DNA from: Eledone cirrhosa
Lineage: Eukaryota
Assembly: GCA_964016885.1 (NCBI GenBank)
Contig: OZ024740.1
Span: forward strand, 235,290,001 to 235,354,000
Length of the DNA: 64,000 nt
Direction of reading: 5' to 3'
Shown here: piece by piece, positions 1-12,330 of the stretch
How the letters are laid out: each line of letters opens with the position of its first letter
Position numbering within the stretch: the first letter of the stretch is position 1
Made by a program: the position numbers and the translations under genes
Notes under the pieces: generated by a model
What the model saw: only the letters and a program-made list of their open reading frames with translations
What the model was told of the DNA's origin: nothing
The model's database searches: none

Positions 1-900
1 GCTGGGACTTAGCTTGGTAGACGTCCCTCCTCCTTCTCCCCCTGCTGATGTCAAGTCTCCCCAAAGCGTATGGGATGCCATCCAGTGTAGCCTGGCCTCA
101 GACACGCTCATGCGCCAGCACTACCTTGCCTGTTTTTGCGCTGCCTCCAAACCCCACAGTGGTGCCTGGCTCCATGCCTCACCATCCTTCTCCACTGGCA
201 CGCAGCTGGATAATGATAGCCTGCGCATCAGTTTTTTCCTTGAGGCTTGGACTCTGGATCTGCGAGCCACATAAATGTTGTGGCCTCACCGTGGACTCTT
301 TCAGACTCCACCTGCTTTCCTGTCACAACAGTGCCAGTCGCCTTCCATGCCATGCTGCCCTTAATGAGATCATCAAGCAGGGCTTGGACGCTGCAGGCTT
401 CCCCTCCCAGCTTGAGCTGTTGGGGCTGGACCAAGGAGCTGCAAAGGCCAGACGGCATGACCATCTTCCCGTTCCGCGGTGGCAAACCCCTCGTCTGGGA
501 TGCCACTTGCAGCGACACTTTCTCCAGCCGCAACCTCGTGCAGTCTGCGATTAACCCAGGCTCTGCTGCACGTCGGCCTGAGGAGGCCAAACTCCAAGTA
601 CCGGTTGCTCTCTGACAGGTTCACGGTTGTGCCCTTGGCAGTGGAGACTTCTCGTCTCCTTGGCCCTAGGGCTACCTCCTTATTCACCTCCATAGGTGCT
701 GAGCTGGCCGACCGCAGGTGTGAGCCTCACGAGTTGGAATGGCTCTTCCAATGCATCTCCCTTACCATCCTCCGAGGAAACGCCTTCTCCATTCTGTCCG
801 CCGGGGCTGTGGGGAGGTCAGCACATGGGACCCCTTTTGGTCACCAATACGGATTAATAGGCAAAGTTATAAACTATTGTAAATAAATTTAAAAAAAAAA
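1..900 (+). mobile_element. 3' end of a decayed CRE-clade-like non-LTR retrotransposon (restriction-like endonuclease region)
   Basis: Overlapping frameshifted ORFs join into HSGAWLHA..LRLG..C..C..H..C (zinc knuckle), HAALNEII, RPDG, LVWDATCSD, VPLAVET, QCISLTILRGNA, typical of RLE C-termini. AATAAA at 882-887 and A10 at 891-900. Confidence 0.75.
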
Positions 901-959
901 TGTATAAGATATGCTACAATTCGAATTATTTAAAAAAACAAAAAAAACAAAAGCAGTTG

Positions 960-2200
960 ATGTTGCTTGGCATCATCTCAGATTTGCATATTCCATGTGT
1001 GAACTTTGGGGTTCACTAGTTGAATTATCAAATTGATTTGGTTTTTGTTGAATCTAAAATCAATGTAATTCATGATGTAACATGGGTCTTCATTGAATTT
1101 CAGTTCTTTGAGGCTTGTGTAAGCATTGTAGATGAAGAAGACTGTTGACTCGGCTTTCAAAATAAACTCTTTCAACTGTAGATAGTTTGAACAGATTTGG
1201 GTGAGGTTCGTCTTGATCTCAGGATTTTACACAGCTTCTTTCACTCTCTATCAAAATGCCTGCATCCTCAAAACTCTACAATTTCTGTAACTAACAAGTT
1301 TCTTGGCATAGTAATTGATGGCATTCAACCAGCTACACACCTGATCACAATTGGCTGATTGGGTCATCTGATTGCTTTGAATTGCTCTCAACAGTGTTTG
1401 TTTTTACAGTAGCAGCCATGACGATGGCAATCAGACAATTGACTGCAGGATAGAAAGCCATTATTTTTAGAGCACAATTGCGCTGTAAATGGGAGAAGCA
1501 CGTTACATGGAAGAGTTTAAGGTGATACATAACTTGCAATGTTTCTCCAGCAGCTACCATATACCACTATACTCCTTAGTGAATCATCGATGATCTGAGA
1601 GATGACTGCAGCTATTAGAGCTGATTCAAGTTACAAACAGTCTATTAAGAACATTTTTTGAAGATTTTGAACTGAACTAATAAGTACATTAACAATTCTT
1701 TTGCCATCGATCTCACTTTCACCAATAATTAAAGATACATTTTGGTTAGCCAGGCAGCTCTTGGAATTTTCAACCATGTTTGCACTAAGCATTTCAACAT
1801 ATTTTTTGCACGTAGATTGAGATAGCAGTTGTTTATTGATAGAATCGAAGTGACCTTGGATTAGTCAGCCTCAAGAAATGCTTTGGTTGCCATTGCACCC
1901 CTAGATTTATTGTTTTCAGTAAATTCAATTATAGTAGTCTTTTAAAGATAGTTTTGATGTTTTTATCTCATTCTATGGGACTCAACAAAATGTTTTTTTT
2001 TATTGTATTTGACATCAACAAGGCAACAGTCTACAGTGTGACTGGTTATTGTGAATCAATACAAATTCTTTTGAGATTTTTTCTGTCAACTCAAGGGCTT
2101 CTGAGTTAAGAATAAGAAAATCTTAATCAAAATTAAAATTACTTGAGACAGGAAAAAAGCAGCTCAATAAGGCAATGACAAAAGAACTCCACAATCACCT
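960..2200 (-). pseudogene. Decayed hAT-superfamily (DUF659/CGGBP-like) transposase
   Basis: Minus-strand fragments NVSLIIGESEIDGKRIVNVLI (~1680-1742) and MVAAGETLQVMYHLKLFHVTCFSHLQRNCALK (1345-1560; hAT CxxH-type motif), interrupted by stops and frameshifts. No termini identified. Confidence 0.55.
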
Positions 2201-2794
2201 TCAAAAAGATCCAGAAATGTAATAGCGAAAGAAAATGATTCAATTAATTACAAATAAAGATTTACATAATAGTAAACTATAACAACATTCTATAATTTTT
2301 TTTTTGTTTTATATTTTTTGTCAGTGAATTTATTTATTCTTTTCAATATCTACTAAAAAAAATTGTTTTAATGATATATTTTTTAGTAAAATTTTATTTT
2401 TTAACCTTATTTGCATGGTTTTAACTTAACTTTAAAAAGTGATTAATTACGATAAATAATCATTAAAAAGTTTTTTAGTTTTAACATTGAAAGGAACATT
2501 TTTATGAATTTTAACTTTTTGGTAAAAAATTGCCACAGTAATTAATTAGTTAACCTAGGCTAACGTTATATACATTATAGAACATGTCATTATCTATTTA
2601 ACATAGGATAACATTACAGAGCAATAAGGCATTACACATGGCTCTATACACATACACATAGCTCCTGATGGAGTTGTAGGGCACTATAGTGACATATGGC
2701 ATTTCTCAGGCAATTTAAGCATGGCAGAGCCATCCCTCTCCAGGTCTGAACACAGCAGATTTCTTCCAGTGAAGGAGAAGTGAGAAAGAGATAT

Positions 2795-2928
2795 GGTACT
2801 TTTTTTTATTGATCTTGAATGGATCAAAGGCAAAGTTGACCTCGGCGGGATTTGAACTCAGAGAGCCAGAATAAATACCGTAAAGCATTCTATTTGATAT
2901 TTTAATGTCTCTTCCAATTCACCGCCAC
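2795..2928 (-). mobile_element. Octopus-type SINE family B, partial copy
   Basis: Contains AAAGGCAAAGTTGACCTCGGCGGGATTTGAACTCAG, shared with the copies at 20372, 27968, 38437 and 62200-62760. Confidence 0.7.
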
Positions 2929-3020
2929 CAATAAGACATGTCATTGATTAATCAAGTCTAACATTGTAAGACAGTAAAACCTATTAGTGGACCTACAATA
3001 ATGTTTTAGAACAATAGGAC

Positions 3021-6000
3021 ATCATTATCATTGTTTAATGTCTGTTTTCCTGTTGGACAGGTTTTCATAGACCAAGTTAGTACTGAAGCAGGGCTATTGA
3101 CCTCTCAGATAGGCTGGTCTCTCATTCTACTGAGTGTACCAGCACAAGTCAGGTTCTCATGTCTTTGATACAACTGAAGTGTTCTCCCAACCCTTTGTTT
3201 GTCAAGCTTTCTATAGCTGGGTGCTCTTTCTATCACCAACCACTTTATGGCATGGACTGGGTGCCTTTATCATCTAAATCACCAAAACAAGGGTTGCTGT
3301 CATGTTCTTCACACAAATGAAGGGCCCTCCCAACCCTTTTTAGGTATGGTTTTTACAGTGGGGTGCCCTTCTTACAAGGTACACCGGATACATTTTTGCG
3401 GCGCCAACACTAGAGAGGTGAATTTTAAAAGCAAAGGGGTAAGGGATTTTGTGGTGAGAACACCAAAGAGGAGATAGTGGATGGTGTGCTCAATAGTGTG
3501 GGTGGATGCTGGGATAGAAATGTAGTGATGGAGAGAATAGCTAAGGAATGATAGTGAAGCGGGCATGGGTGGGGTTAAGATAGAGCTACTAGGGTGTGAT
3601 AGGGAGAGTGTCTCAGAACTTTAGTGGGGGTAGCAGCTAAGGAGTGGTACTTGAGGGGCATGGATGGAGTGTGGTGTGTGTAGTAATGATGAGGATATCA
3701 GCTAGGGAGTGCTAGTGGAAGGAGGAGGAAATGGGGATAAGTCAGGTCACATTGTATGCAGTTAGCCAGGTCTTCCATAGTACCAGCTTTCACGGCCCTT
3801 AGTCATTTCTGTTGTTAGGTTCAGTTTTTTAAGGTTGGTCTTCCCAACCTCATCTCATGTCTTCCAAGGTCTGCCTTTTTCTCGAGTACCACCACTGAGG
3901 TTTCTCTGCATTTTTTATGTAGTTGCTATCTTCCATACGCACATCACATCTCCATACCAACAGTAATCTCCCTTGTACACTACATCCAATTTCTCTTATA
4001 CCAAGTTTTTTCCTCAGTTTGCTTGTGCTATGTCACTCACGCACACTAACATTACACACCCATCAGAGCATACTTGATTCATTTCTTTCTTGCTTCCACA
4101 GGTCTTCTGCAGTGAAGACCCATGTTTCATTGCCATGTAGCATTGCAATTCACACACAGGCATCATACAGTCTACTCTTCACTCTAAGAGAAAAGCCTTT
4201 TGTTGACAACAGAGCTAACAGTTCTCTAAACTTCTTCCAGTCTGTTCTTATCCAGAACATCCTTTCCCCACTGCTAATTCGGTCACCTAGGTAACAAAAG
4301 CTGTCAACAACTTGTAAAAAGCATCCCTGGAAACTGAAAGTATTCATTTCACATATGTTCTTAGTGCTTACTTCTCTAGTGCATCGGCCACATACAAAAT
4401 CTACCGAATAAGGCCACTGTCCTCTTTGCTAAGTTTACTTTTAGGCCTTTCAACTCTAGGTTCTTCTTCCATGTTTGAAATTTTGTCTCCAACTCTCCTA
4501 TAAGGACTAGGTCATCAGCATGTAATCCCATGGAGTGTCAATTTTAAACTCCTCAGTGATGGCCTGAAGGACAATGATAAACAGGAGTGGACTGAGGACT
4601 GAACCCTGATGGACCCCTACCTGCACTTCAAATTCTTCACTGTCTTTGGGAGGGCTCTGTAGAAACAGTAGACAGCTTCTGCTACCTAGGTGACCGAATT
4701 AGCAGCGGAGGTGGGTGTTCGGAAAGTACAATAACTAGGGTAAGAACGGGATGGAAGAAGTTCAGGGAGCTACTGCCACTGCTAGCTGCAAAGGGCTTTT
4801 CCCTCAAAATGAAAGGCAGACTGTATGATGCGTGTATACGAGCAGCAATGTTACATGGAAGTGAAACCTGGGCGCTGTCTGTGGAAGACTTGTACAGATT
4901 AGAAAGAAACAAAGCCTGCATGCTCCGATGGATGTGTAATAGTAATATACGCGAACGGCAAAGCATAAATGAATTGAGAGAGAGGCTGAGCATCAGAGGA
5001 ATCAAATGCTGTGTGCAGGAGAGGCGGTTGCGTTGGTATGGACATGTGATGCGTATGAAGGATGACAGCTGCATAAAAAGGTGTAGAGCACTAGAAGTCG
5101 ATGGAAGCCACGGAGTGGGGAGACCCAAGAAGACCTGGGATGAGGTGATAAAGGCCGACCTTACCCAATTGCACCTCTCAAGGGCAATGACACACGACCG
5201 TGACCTCTGGTGTCAGACAGTAATACAGAAGACCCGACCCGAACAAGCTGAAGCTGAAGCATATAGACAATATGTGCCCACACCCTCCCACTGCAAAGTG
5301 AACGTGGAGGCGCCATGGAAAAAAGCACCCAGCACTCACTGTAAATGAGGTTGGTGTTAGGAAGAGCATTCAGCTGTAGAAATCAAGCCATAATCAGTTC
5401 TGTATGAGCAAGACAAGGTCAACTGACTGGACACTACCCACAACAGGACAACCCGTCTAACCAATGCTAGTGTGGAAGAAAAATGGACGTAAAATGATGA
5501 TGATGATTCATTGTCAACTCTCACTTTGCTGGTTGCTCCTTTATACTTGACCTGCATGACCCTCACAAGCCATTCATCTAGACCTAGTTTCCTAAGTGCC
5601 TACCAGATTACAGAGCCTGGGACCTTGTGAAAAGCCTTCTCCAGATCTACAAAAGCTAGATACAATGGCTTACTCTTAGCTAAGTGCCTCACTAGTAACT
5701 GTCTCACCAGAAAAAGGGCATTGATAGTACCCCTACTTGGCATAAATCCAAACTGCATCGTATATAACTTGATTCTGTCCCTTTCAGCAACTTTCATGAC
5801 CTGGTCTATCAACTTGATGCCTCTGTAATTACTTCTCTTTAATGCTGCTCCCTTACCCTTGTAGTAATTTACAATGATACTTTTGCACCAGTCATTAGTT
5901 ATGACACCATTTTGTACTACTTGATTAACTATGCGCCTGACTAATTCATATCCTACCATGCCAGATGCTTTTAGCATCTCAGCAACTATACCAGATGGTC

Positions 6001-6065
6001 CAGCTGACATCCCTACTTTCATGTCATTAATTGCTTTATCACACTGCTGTCAACTTTTATGGTTG
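3021..6065 (-). mobile_element. Decayed RTE-clade LINE (RT domain to 3' tail), split by an insertion at ~4645-5507
   Basis: 5600..6022 gives GPSGIVAEMLK, NYRGIKL, QFGFMPSRGT, LAFVDLEKAF. After KVRVDNE the protein resumes at ~4640 as SEEFEVQVGVHQGSVLSPLLF...ADDLVL, then DSFCYLGDRIS (4150..4347). Reverse complement of the 3' UTR/(ATG)n tail lies at ~3021-3300. Confidence 0.8.
4645..5507 (+). mobile_element. Better-preserved 5'-truncated RTE LINE inserted antisense into the older copy
   Basis: ORF 4809..5348 (MLHGSETW, RRLRWYGHVMRM, GRPKKTW) is an RTE RT C-terminus. Ends in ...AAATGGACGTAAAATGATGATGATGAT. Confidence 0.85.
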
Positions 6066-9000
6066 GTCAGTTGAGTCTGCATATGGTGGGTCTTCACTGT
6101 GCCATTTATGGGATAACACTGTAGACACTAGAAGACTATTGAACACATCGTTAGTTATAGAATATGGGTTTGTTGTAAAAAGTTATTTTCAATAAATATC
6201 TTAACATACTGAATATGTTCATTTCTAATATTAGTCCACATTTTTGTGGCATAATACTCTATGATACTCTTGATTACTTGAACTAAAGTAATTGTAAGGT
6301 CTTCCTTCACTCTATATTAACTTTCATCTGTGATCTACTTGATGCTATAAAACTAGAAAGAAATCAGAACCAGCCATTAAAAAAGGCCTTTGGGAGCTTC
6401 GGGTGATATTACATTCATAAAAAATGTGGCTGGGATGATATTTGTACTGTTGAGATATTTACATATTGATTGAGAGAAAACTGTATATGATGAAGTTCAT
6501 AGAATGTCACTAAACTAGATAAAGAAACTATAGAAAGCAGCTATAGCTTTGTAAAATTGACAAGTGTTTTTTTTTTAGCTTTATTAGGAAAAACAGTCAT
6601 AAAATGATGAGGGGTATGGTATATTAATCACTTATTCAGTAAAGAAAGAGAATTCTCTCCAAGACCAGTGGCAGGAAGTTATTCTCAGACCAGAAACCTA
6701 AACTGAATGCTTGTAACAGTGGACTCCACTAAAGTCACCCATGTGTCTGATGGAGTTAAACTGATTTGTAGTACTGAGTACTGGAACATTTGATTTTAGG
6801 TCTATTCCACTAGGGCTAAATAACAACAACAACTTCTCATCTTAGTATAACCTGAAGAGCAAGAACTTGATTAAGCTGAGAGGCCTATACATGGTCACTT
6901 GACCTACTAGAAATGACAATGAAATCTCCCTCAAATCATATCGTATTCTATTAATACAGGAAGGACATATTATGTACTCTTAGATTCCCCAATAAAAAAG
7001 ACAGTAGACTTATAGTTGGAATACCTTTGATCATTGGTCTGTTTTGCTCCTGTGACACAATACTTTAATGGCATTTACTGGTTTGTTGGAGCATTTGTTT
7101 TTAATTTCAGACATACTACTGGTAAGCTATTTAACTATATACAGCATGGTTATCATCTAAAAGTGAACAAAAAGAAAGTCTAGTTTGTGGCAGTGGTACT
7201 ATGGATTGCAACATTGGAACTGGTTCTGCATCACATGTGGTGTGTTCATGACCATTGATTGGGGAAGCACTCCATTAGTTTGCTGTTTCACTACAATCAT
7301 ACAAGATACATGAGAGCATTCCTTCTTTTAAACATGTGGATCAGTTTTGCTGACTTCGACTTCCCTTACTTATAAAGGTGCTATTGACATTTTAGCGACC
7401 TTTGGTAGATGGTCTAAGATTCAATTCTCTACACCAATATATCTTTATCTTTTGGTGAGCTGATTCCATGGATGCAGCTTTTATAAAGAAGAGAAAACTC
7501 TTCCCTGGGTGTTTGGCAATGTATCGCAAATGGGTGTATATGTTGCTCTCACTGTTGGCCTGACACTTTCTGAGTTCACATTTGGAAATATTAACCAGAT
7601 GCTTTTTTGGGTGCAAGCCCAGCTGTGTGCTAAATAATGACAACATTTCTGGTCTTTTTAGAAAAGAATGATGTGTATTTGGCCACTGTCAGTACAGAAC
7701 TCTTCTCCTCTTTGAAGGTCTGTTTGAATATATACAACTATCATTGATATCTGTACTTATATAAAATGAATGAAATATAGGGCACTTGGCTGGTTTGGTT
7801 CATTCTACATAATCAATTCTGTTTACCAAATGGGATCCACATGATACAGTGTATTAGTTGTTCAAAGATGCTAACCTCTAATTGAAAGAATAGTAGTTTT
7901 TGTTTTGTTTTGCTTATTCTATGTTTGAGCATAGATCAAGGGTCTACATCTAGTTTCAACAATTGATTTGCATATCTTCAACGGTAGACCAAACCTGACA
8001 TGGATTGCAATCTATCAGGGCCTTGGTTGTTTCCTACAACAGTTCATATACCACACACACTTTGGCCTGACCTGGAACTGAAGCACTGAAATGTCATTAC
8101 AGTCGCAATGTCTTCAGAGTTAGTAGCTTGGTTAACACAAACAAATCATGGTAGACTGCAAATCTTTGGTCTATTTTTCATGCTGGGTTTTGTAGCTGGA
8201 TAATACTTGTCTCAGACATGCAGTAGTAGACGACTCTTATTTCGTCCCTGAGTGTCTGAGTTGCTCCATTTCTCTGGGTTCAGCATGCTTGTTCAGAAAG
8301 AAACATTGTTGTAACTGTAACCATATGTTCTGCTATCTTCAGTGCTAGGATTACTCTGTATTTGTTGCAAGTTGAGGGTTCTTTCATTTTATGATTGGCT
8401 GTTGTCTCTAAGTTCGTCTGGCTCCTTATCCTAAGGTCACTGATAACTAATTTGTGTTGGGAGGTCTATTCGGCGCTAGGGAAGGGCTTAGCATTTATTA
8501 CTATTTGTCTATCCTGTTTCCTGGTGAGGACCTCCCCCCCCCCCTTTCTTATTGATAGGTAGTCAGGTAACTGATTGATCTTTTTAATAAGTTAGTCAGG
8601 GTGAGGTCTTTGCTAGGAAGTGCATGCAACTGTAAAAAATGAAACAAAATAACAATGTACACTGGCCCTCTCTCTAACTATGGAAATACAGATGAATGAT
8701 TGATTTTGTCACACTAACATTCTCTTGTTCAGGTCAGTGCTATTATACTTAACACCTCCATGACCATATTTCTCATGAAAAACACCGTACTTTAATTAAT
8801 TAAAGAATTTGGAGGGATTAATTAAAACTATTAATGATTTCATTACCAAGATGGTATTTGTAATATAACTTAATGAAACCTTTTTATATGAAATTAAGTT
8901 GAAAAATTTAAATAGGAATTCACTAAAGATGGTTGGCATTGTTTCATAGAAATAGAGGCAGTTTGGGGTGCATTGTTACGCAAGACATTTTAAACAATTA

Positions 9001-9129
9001 AAATTATACCCATGACAAGGAAACGTAATTATTAGCTTAATGGTAAAATTTTATTAAGAAAGGCAGAGAAGATACTCATGAAATTTTAATTAAAATTATA
9101 TAAAAATAGAATGTGACCCAATTAGAAGT

Positions 9130-9690
9130 GATGTTAGGTGCTCCAAAAGCATAGTAGCTACAGTAAGAACTAGGTGGAAAAAGTTTAAGGAGCTGTTACC
9201 TCTGCTGGTAACAAATGGACTCTCCTAACAAAAAGTAGATTATATGATGACTGTGTACTAAATGTGATGTTGCATGGTAGTGAAACATGGGCTCTGAATG
9301 TGGAGGATCTGCAAAGGCTGAGAAGAAATGAAATGAGTATGCTCTACTGAATGTATAATGTTACTATGCATGAACAATGAAGAAAAAATACATTGAGAGA
9401 ATAAACTGGATATAAGAGCAATCTGATGTAGTGTGCAAGAGAGAAGACTGTACTGATAGGGACTTGTAATGCAAACAGGACAACAGTTTAGTAAAGGAAT
9501 GCCACGAGATCCAAGTGGAGGGGTCCCACTGAAGAGGAAGACCAAACGCCTGCAGAAATGGTGAAAACTGATCTTAGAACGCAAGCTCACAAAGGAGATG
9601 TAACGGTGACAAGTTAGTGAAATGTTGTGTTGTTGAAAATCTTCCCAACTCATGAAAATATAGAAAAACCTATGTAAAAATGATAACAGG
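9130..9690 (+). mobile_element. Decayed RTE LINE 3' fragment
   Basis: VRTRWKKFKELLPLL, MLHGSETWALNVEDLQRL; same family as 4645-5507, with stops. Confidence 0.75.
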
Positions 9691-9732
9691 TATATATACT
9701 AGAGTGTTATGTCATATATATTTACCACTGGT

Positions 9733-10048
9733 CAAGGCGTGTGGTTAGAGTATTCGACTCACGATTGTAAGGTTGTGAATTTGATTCCCGGCGGAGTGTT
9801 GTGCCCTTGAGCAAGACGCTATATTTCATGTTGTTCTATTCACTCAGCTGGCAAAAATGAGTTGTACCTGTAATTTGAAGGGCCAGACTTGTTACATTCT
9901 GTGTCATGCCGAATCTCCCTGAGAACTATGTTAAGAATATGTGTGTTTGTGGAATGCTCCGCCACTTGCACGTTAATTTGACGAGCAGGCTGTTCTGTTG
10001 ATCAGATCAACTGGAACACTTGTCGTTATAACCGATGGAGTGCCTTCC
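9733..10048 (+). mobile_element. tRNA-derived CORE-like SINE (family A) with 15-bp target-site duplication
   Basis: A/B-box-like head (GTGGTTAGAGT...TTTGATTCCC), CORE-like CCTTGAGCAAGACGCT. ATATTTACCACTGGT is repeated at 9718-9732 and 10049-10063. Confidence 0.85.
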
Positions 10049-10185
10049 ATATTTACCACTGGTTGTAACAGGTAAATAAATAAAAATGTGTGTTAATGAA
10101 AATAAATAAATGAATTTATTACTCCTGTAATATTACAAATATGCGATAAATACCTATCTGTCCATATAGAGTAGAAAATTAGTGA

Positions 10186-10518
10186 AGGCGCATGGCTTAG
10201 TGGTTAGAGCATTGAGCTTGCAATTGGAAGGTTGTGAGTTCGATTCTCGGACCGGGTGATGCATTGTGTCCTTGAGCAAGACACTTTATTTCACATTGCT
10301 CCAGTTTACTCAGCTGTAGAAATGAGTTGCGACGTCACTGGTGCCAAGCTGTATCGGTCATTGCCTTTCCCTTGGACAATATCGGTGGTGTGGAGAGAGG
10401 GGAGACTGGTATGCATGGGCGATTACTGGTCTTCCACAAAACAAACCTTGTCCAGGCTTGTACCTCGGAGGGAAACTTTCTAGGTGCAAAACCATGGTCA
10501 TTCGTGACCAAGTGGGGC
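10186..10518 (+). mobile_element. tRNA-derived CORE-like SINE with a different 3' body
   Basis: TGGCTTAGTGGTTAGAGC (A box), GTTCGATTCTC (B box), GTCCTTGAGCAAGACACTTT...CAGCTGTAGAAATGAGT. Confidence 0.8.
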
Positions 10519-10580
10519 CATAGAGAATAGAGGATTAACTGATAATGCTTGAATGTGTATATAAACACATTGAGTATATA

Positions 10581-10776
10581 CGAGGGTTGGCTGAAAATTT
10601 CATAGGCTGACCAAGTTACTCTCATGGAATGACAAAATGAGGTTTATTTTTCAATATAGTCCCTGAAAAGACAATGAAGTTAATAAGAAGAGTAGTTGAA
10701 ATTAATGAATGCAAGATTTTACCACTCTCGCATCACTCCTTCATAGTCAGCCTACACACTCTTCAGCCTACCCTCG
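10581..10776. mobile_element. Mariner-type MITE
   Basis: TA|CGAGGGTTGGCTGAA ... TTCAGCCTACCCTCG|TA terminal inverted repeats with TA flanks. Second copy at 19191-19387. Confidence 0.8.
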
Positions 10777-11007
10777 TAAACATATTTCTGAATTGATTGA
10801 AAAAAAATGAATTTAATTTACATTATGAATAGAGGATTAAAAGAAAGCAATGATTTGAGAGAAAGGAAAGAAATGAAATTGCTAAAAAGAATATTCCACA
10901 GAAACTAGTAACTGTTTCTGCATGTGGCAAAGATGACCCTTTGAATTATAGATATAGTCCATTTGATGGACTTGCTTGCAATTTCCTTATAATCAATTTC
11001 ATTTATA

Positions 11008-11071
11008 AGGAGCTGGAATGGCACATCTCCCTCGCCATCCTCTGGGGAAACGCCTTCTCTATTCTGTCCGC
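11008..11071 (+). mobile_element. Short fragment of the CRE-like element at 1-900
   Basis: GAGCTGGAATGGC..CATCTCCCTCGCCATCCTCTGGGGAAACGCCTTCTCTATTCTGTCCGC matches 731-801. Confidence 0.7.
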
Positions 11072-11609
11072 GTGAGTCCTCATTTGTTCATAATAATGAG
11101 AGATGGGGACAACAGGAGGGATGGAGTTTGGTTCCTCTGTGTACATATGTATGTGTGACTGATTTATTTGTATAACGATATTAATTCAATTGTAACTAAT
11201 ACTACTTCTGCGAACGGAATAGAGTTTCAATTGAAAAAATTCATTTCACAGTTGAAAAGTGAAAGAAAGTTGATTTTGTTGATAAGATAATGTTAGGCTA
11301 CTGTAAAAGAGGAGAAAGCGCTCACACACAGTAACTTAAATTGAGTCGATACCCATATCAGGAGAGGTAAATATTGAGCAATACTTAAGACTTAACATCC
11401 TACAGCGCATGAAACTGCATTAGGAAGATATTCTTGAAAAGTACAAAATGGTATAATGACTGCACCACATCAAAGGTTAATGTATTTATTCTAATACTGC
11501 AATTTTTCACAATGTAAAGATACTACTAAAAATACTACTAACATTTGAATGAACAAACCTCTTTCCAGATATTTTCTGCTAAATCATTTCAAAAGGTAGA
11601 ATTAACCAT

Positions 11610-12330
11610 TCATGGTCAAGGGAGACAACTCTGCTTCGCCCACTTATTTTTGGGAGAGTCTTGGGAGCAGAATCCTTAGACACGTCTTCCAGAGGGTCCT
11701 ATCAGAAGCAACCGTCTCCAACGGAACATATGGATGTTATCTAACCATCTTGCTTGTAGTATATCTCTGGGTCTCCTGCTGGTTCATTCTGCCCATAGAA
11801 TCTGTCCAGACTTTCTAACCCTATTTTGATAGTACTGCAGCTATGGTCTCTGAATGTGAAGTAGTGGCTCTAACTGGAGTGACTCCCTGATCTCCAATCT
11901 ATGCATCCTATTGAGTAATGTTACTTCAAAGACTCTTCAGAGGAACTCTATTTAAGCCACTTATATTTGCAATCGTATTCTTTTGATCATTACTCAAGAT
12001 TCATGACCATGGATAAAAGTAGGCAGGAACACCAACTTGAAGATAGTGAGTTTGGCTTTTACATCTACCTCCCTTCTTCTGAAGACCGAGTGCTGAAGCT
12101 GGTCTCCATTATTGCATCAGCTTCTGTAGCTCTTTCATTTAATTCAGCCTCTTGCCTTCCATCCTTGGTGAAAACAGCTCTGTGATACTTGAACTTCTCC
12201 ATAAGCTTCAGTGTAACTCCACTCACATACAAAGCACACTGAACAGGTTTTCTTGAGTCGATGAATGTCCCAGTCTTTGCAACACTGATTTTCATTTCTG
12301 CTGTTCAGCACCCGACAGCACACCTATCCA
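11610..12330 (-). mobile_element. Decayed LINE fragment, second RTE-like family
   Basis: 12065..12295: MKISVAKT...MEKFKYHRAVFTKDGRQEAELNER resembles the RT FKYLG region. Confidence 0.6.

Noticed and set aside
4809-6022. Active reverse transcriptase genes
   Set aside because: Only fragments: truncated, interrupted and frameshifted.
10186-10255. Functional tRNA gene
   Set aside because: The A/B boxes continue directly into a SINE body and the cloverleaf stems do not pair well.
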